From positions 2,170,001 to 2,234,000 of the forward strand of contig AP026123.1 of assembly GCA_030295235.1 (NCBI GenBank): 64,000 nt of DNA, written 5' to 3'. Origin of the DNA: Fistulifera solaris (taxonomy: Eukaryota). Positions 62,700 through 64,000 of this stretch are shown piece by piece. The position numbers and the translations under genes were made by a program. Every line of letters begins with the position of its first letter. Position 1 is the first letter of the stretch. A model generated the notes under the pieces. It ran no database searches, was not told the DNA's origin, and saw only the letters and a list, made by a program, of their open reading frames with translations.

Positions 62700-63298
62700 T
62701 CTAATGTGTCTGTGTCTTTTATACCTAGCAAAATGGGTTTTGACTGTTCTTGAGTTTACGAGAAGGTTTGATAGAACAATAACAGGAAAGGCACTTATTG
62801 CGATAAAGAAAACGCTTTGCGTCGCATGCTCGCTGGCAGAAGTAAACAAAACAAACGTGCGACGAGATTGGTGGCGAAGACAGGTTATGAGCTTCAACAA
62901 AGTGAGACTGATGCAGTGACAGACATCATTATATACGTAGTATGTACGTAGTAACCAAGGAACTTATTTTATACCATGTCGTGATAACTGTTATTTGTCG
63001 TTTCGTTAATAAAAAATAGCGTGTAGGCGGACGAGAAAAAATGTGATGCACAAAGGCGGCCGCATGCGATGACCATGATGATGGCGACAACGATGATTGA
63101 TAACAAAATCAAAATTTGAGATGATTCAACGTTTACTTGCAAAGAGTAAATCAAGGAAGTCGAAATGACACTATCAAAAGGTTTCAATAGAAGCAAAAAG
63201 TTGAAGAATTGAAGGAACCAAAGTTAGTGAGCTCCCATTGAAAATTTGGTTTCACCAAAAACGAGTCACAACAACACTACAGCTGCGGACACTTCAAA

Positions 63299-64000
63299 AT
63301 GAATGCTGACGGGACTGATGCTGCCATATCGTCCTCAAATAATTACCTTTGGACCACCAAGGAGCGGTTAACTGTCCCCAACCAGCTATCATCGATAAAC
63401 GCAAGGAATGAAGCGGAGAGAAAAGATCGGTTCTACAAGGAGGCGACCGTAGATTACGTTCGACAGGAAGGCAATGCGCACAAGCAAGTGCGTTACGTTT
63501 GTCCTTTATGTGTTCTGGACGGGAAGAACGAATTGGCGCACGCGGTCCATTTTAGCTTGGATTTCTACCGAGATCCGTCCGATCAAAGTTATGATCCCGA
63601 CAACGATCCGATGCTGGAACGTGGCTCGAAGTTTTACTTTCATAACGACCAGTACAGACTACCTATACCATCGCGGAAGATGAACAATGCGAACGACGAA
63701 AAGATCAGGAAGGTCGCCTTAGGAAAACGTACTAAACTTAGAGCTCATGTACGAGATGTGCATGGAGAAGGAGTCATGCCCTTTGCGTTGACCTTGGAGT
63801 CAGATTACGAGCCAATTAGCGAGGAACTGACAGCTATCTTTGTCGAATGAAGAATGTACCCATGGTTTCAGCAGAGGAGGATCCCGATGCGTACAAAGAG
63901 TTGAAGCAAAAGGTTGCTAATTGGCGCTCGACGGAGAAGCTCAAGCGTGATCCGAATGGTGAAGCAGCAAAAACAAGGAGAGAAAGTAAGACAAAGACCA
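63299..64000 (+). CDS. Hypothetical protein with a split C2H2-like motif; probably continues past the window end
   Basis: 183-aa ORF with YVCPLC...LRAHVRDVH. A shifted frame continues (RMKNVPMVSAEEDPDAYKELK...) to 64000. Confidence 0.5.

Overview
Eukaryotic, gene-dense DNA with short GT-AG introns. It is most consistent with a pennate diatom (bipartite ASAFAP-type plastid presequences, a CoDi-like Copia element, cyclase-PDE fusion genes); the organism call is an inference. From left to right the window holds: (1) a tandem array of three paralogues plus a relic of a lineage-specific ~540-aa protein family; (2) a complete 6.2-kb Ty1/Copia LTR retrotransposon with apparently identical 368-bp LTRs, TG...GA termini, a 6-bp TSD, a non-canonical PBS and a probable UGA-readthrough gag-pol junction; (3) housekeeping genes: HscB, Bet3, a GT47 exostosin, RPC2, a purple acid phosphatase, a TAZ/Q-rich protein, a plastid TauD-like dioxygenase and a DUF3593-DUF2499 fusion; (4) a TA-flanked Tc1/mariner-type MITE; (5) three tandem receptor-type cyclase-phosphodiesterase fusion genes, each preceded by a non-homologous upstream tract dense in 7-bp tandem duplications and TA-x-TA footprint-like motifs; (6) a plastid NAD(P)-binding protein, DNL-type zinc finger, PPR-like protein and HSF; (7) two CAX exchangers separated by a tandem Helentron-like (CA)n element; (8) MRPS6, NSA2 and a split-zinc-finger ORF running off the right edge. 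Many conserved genes carry 1-2 nt frameshifts, probably assembly indel errors, so exact coordinates and pseudogene calls are provisional.
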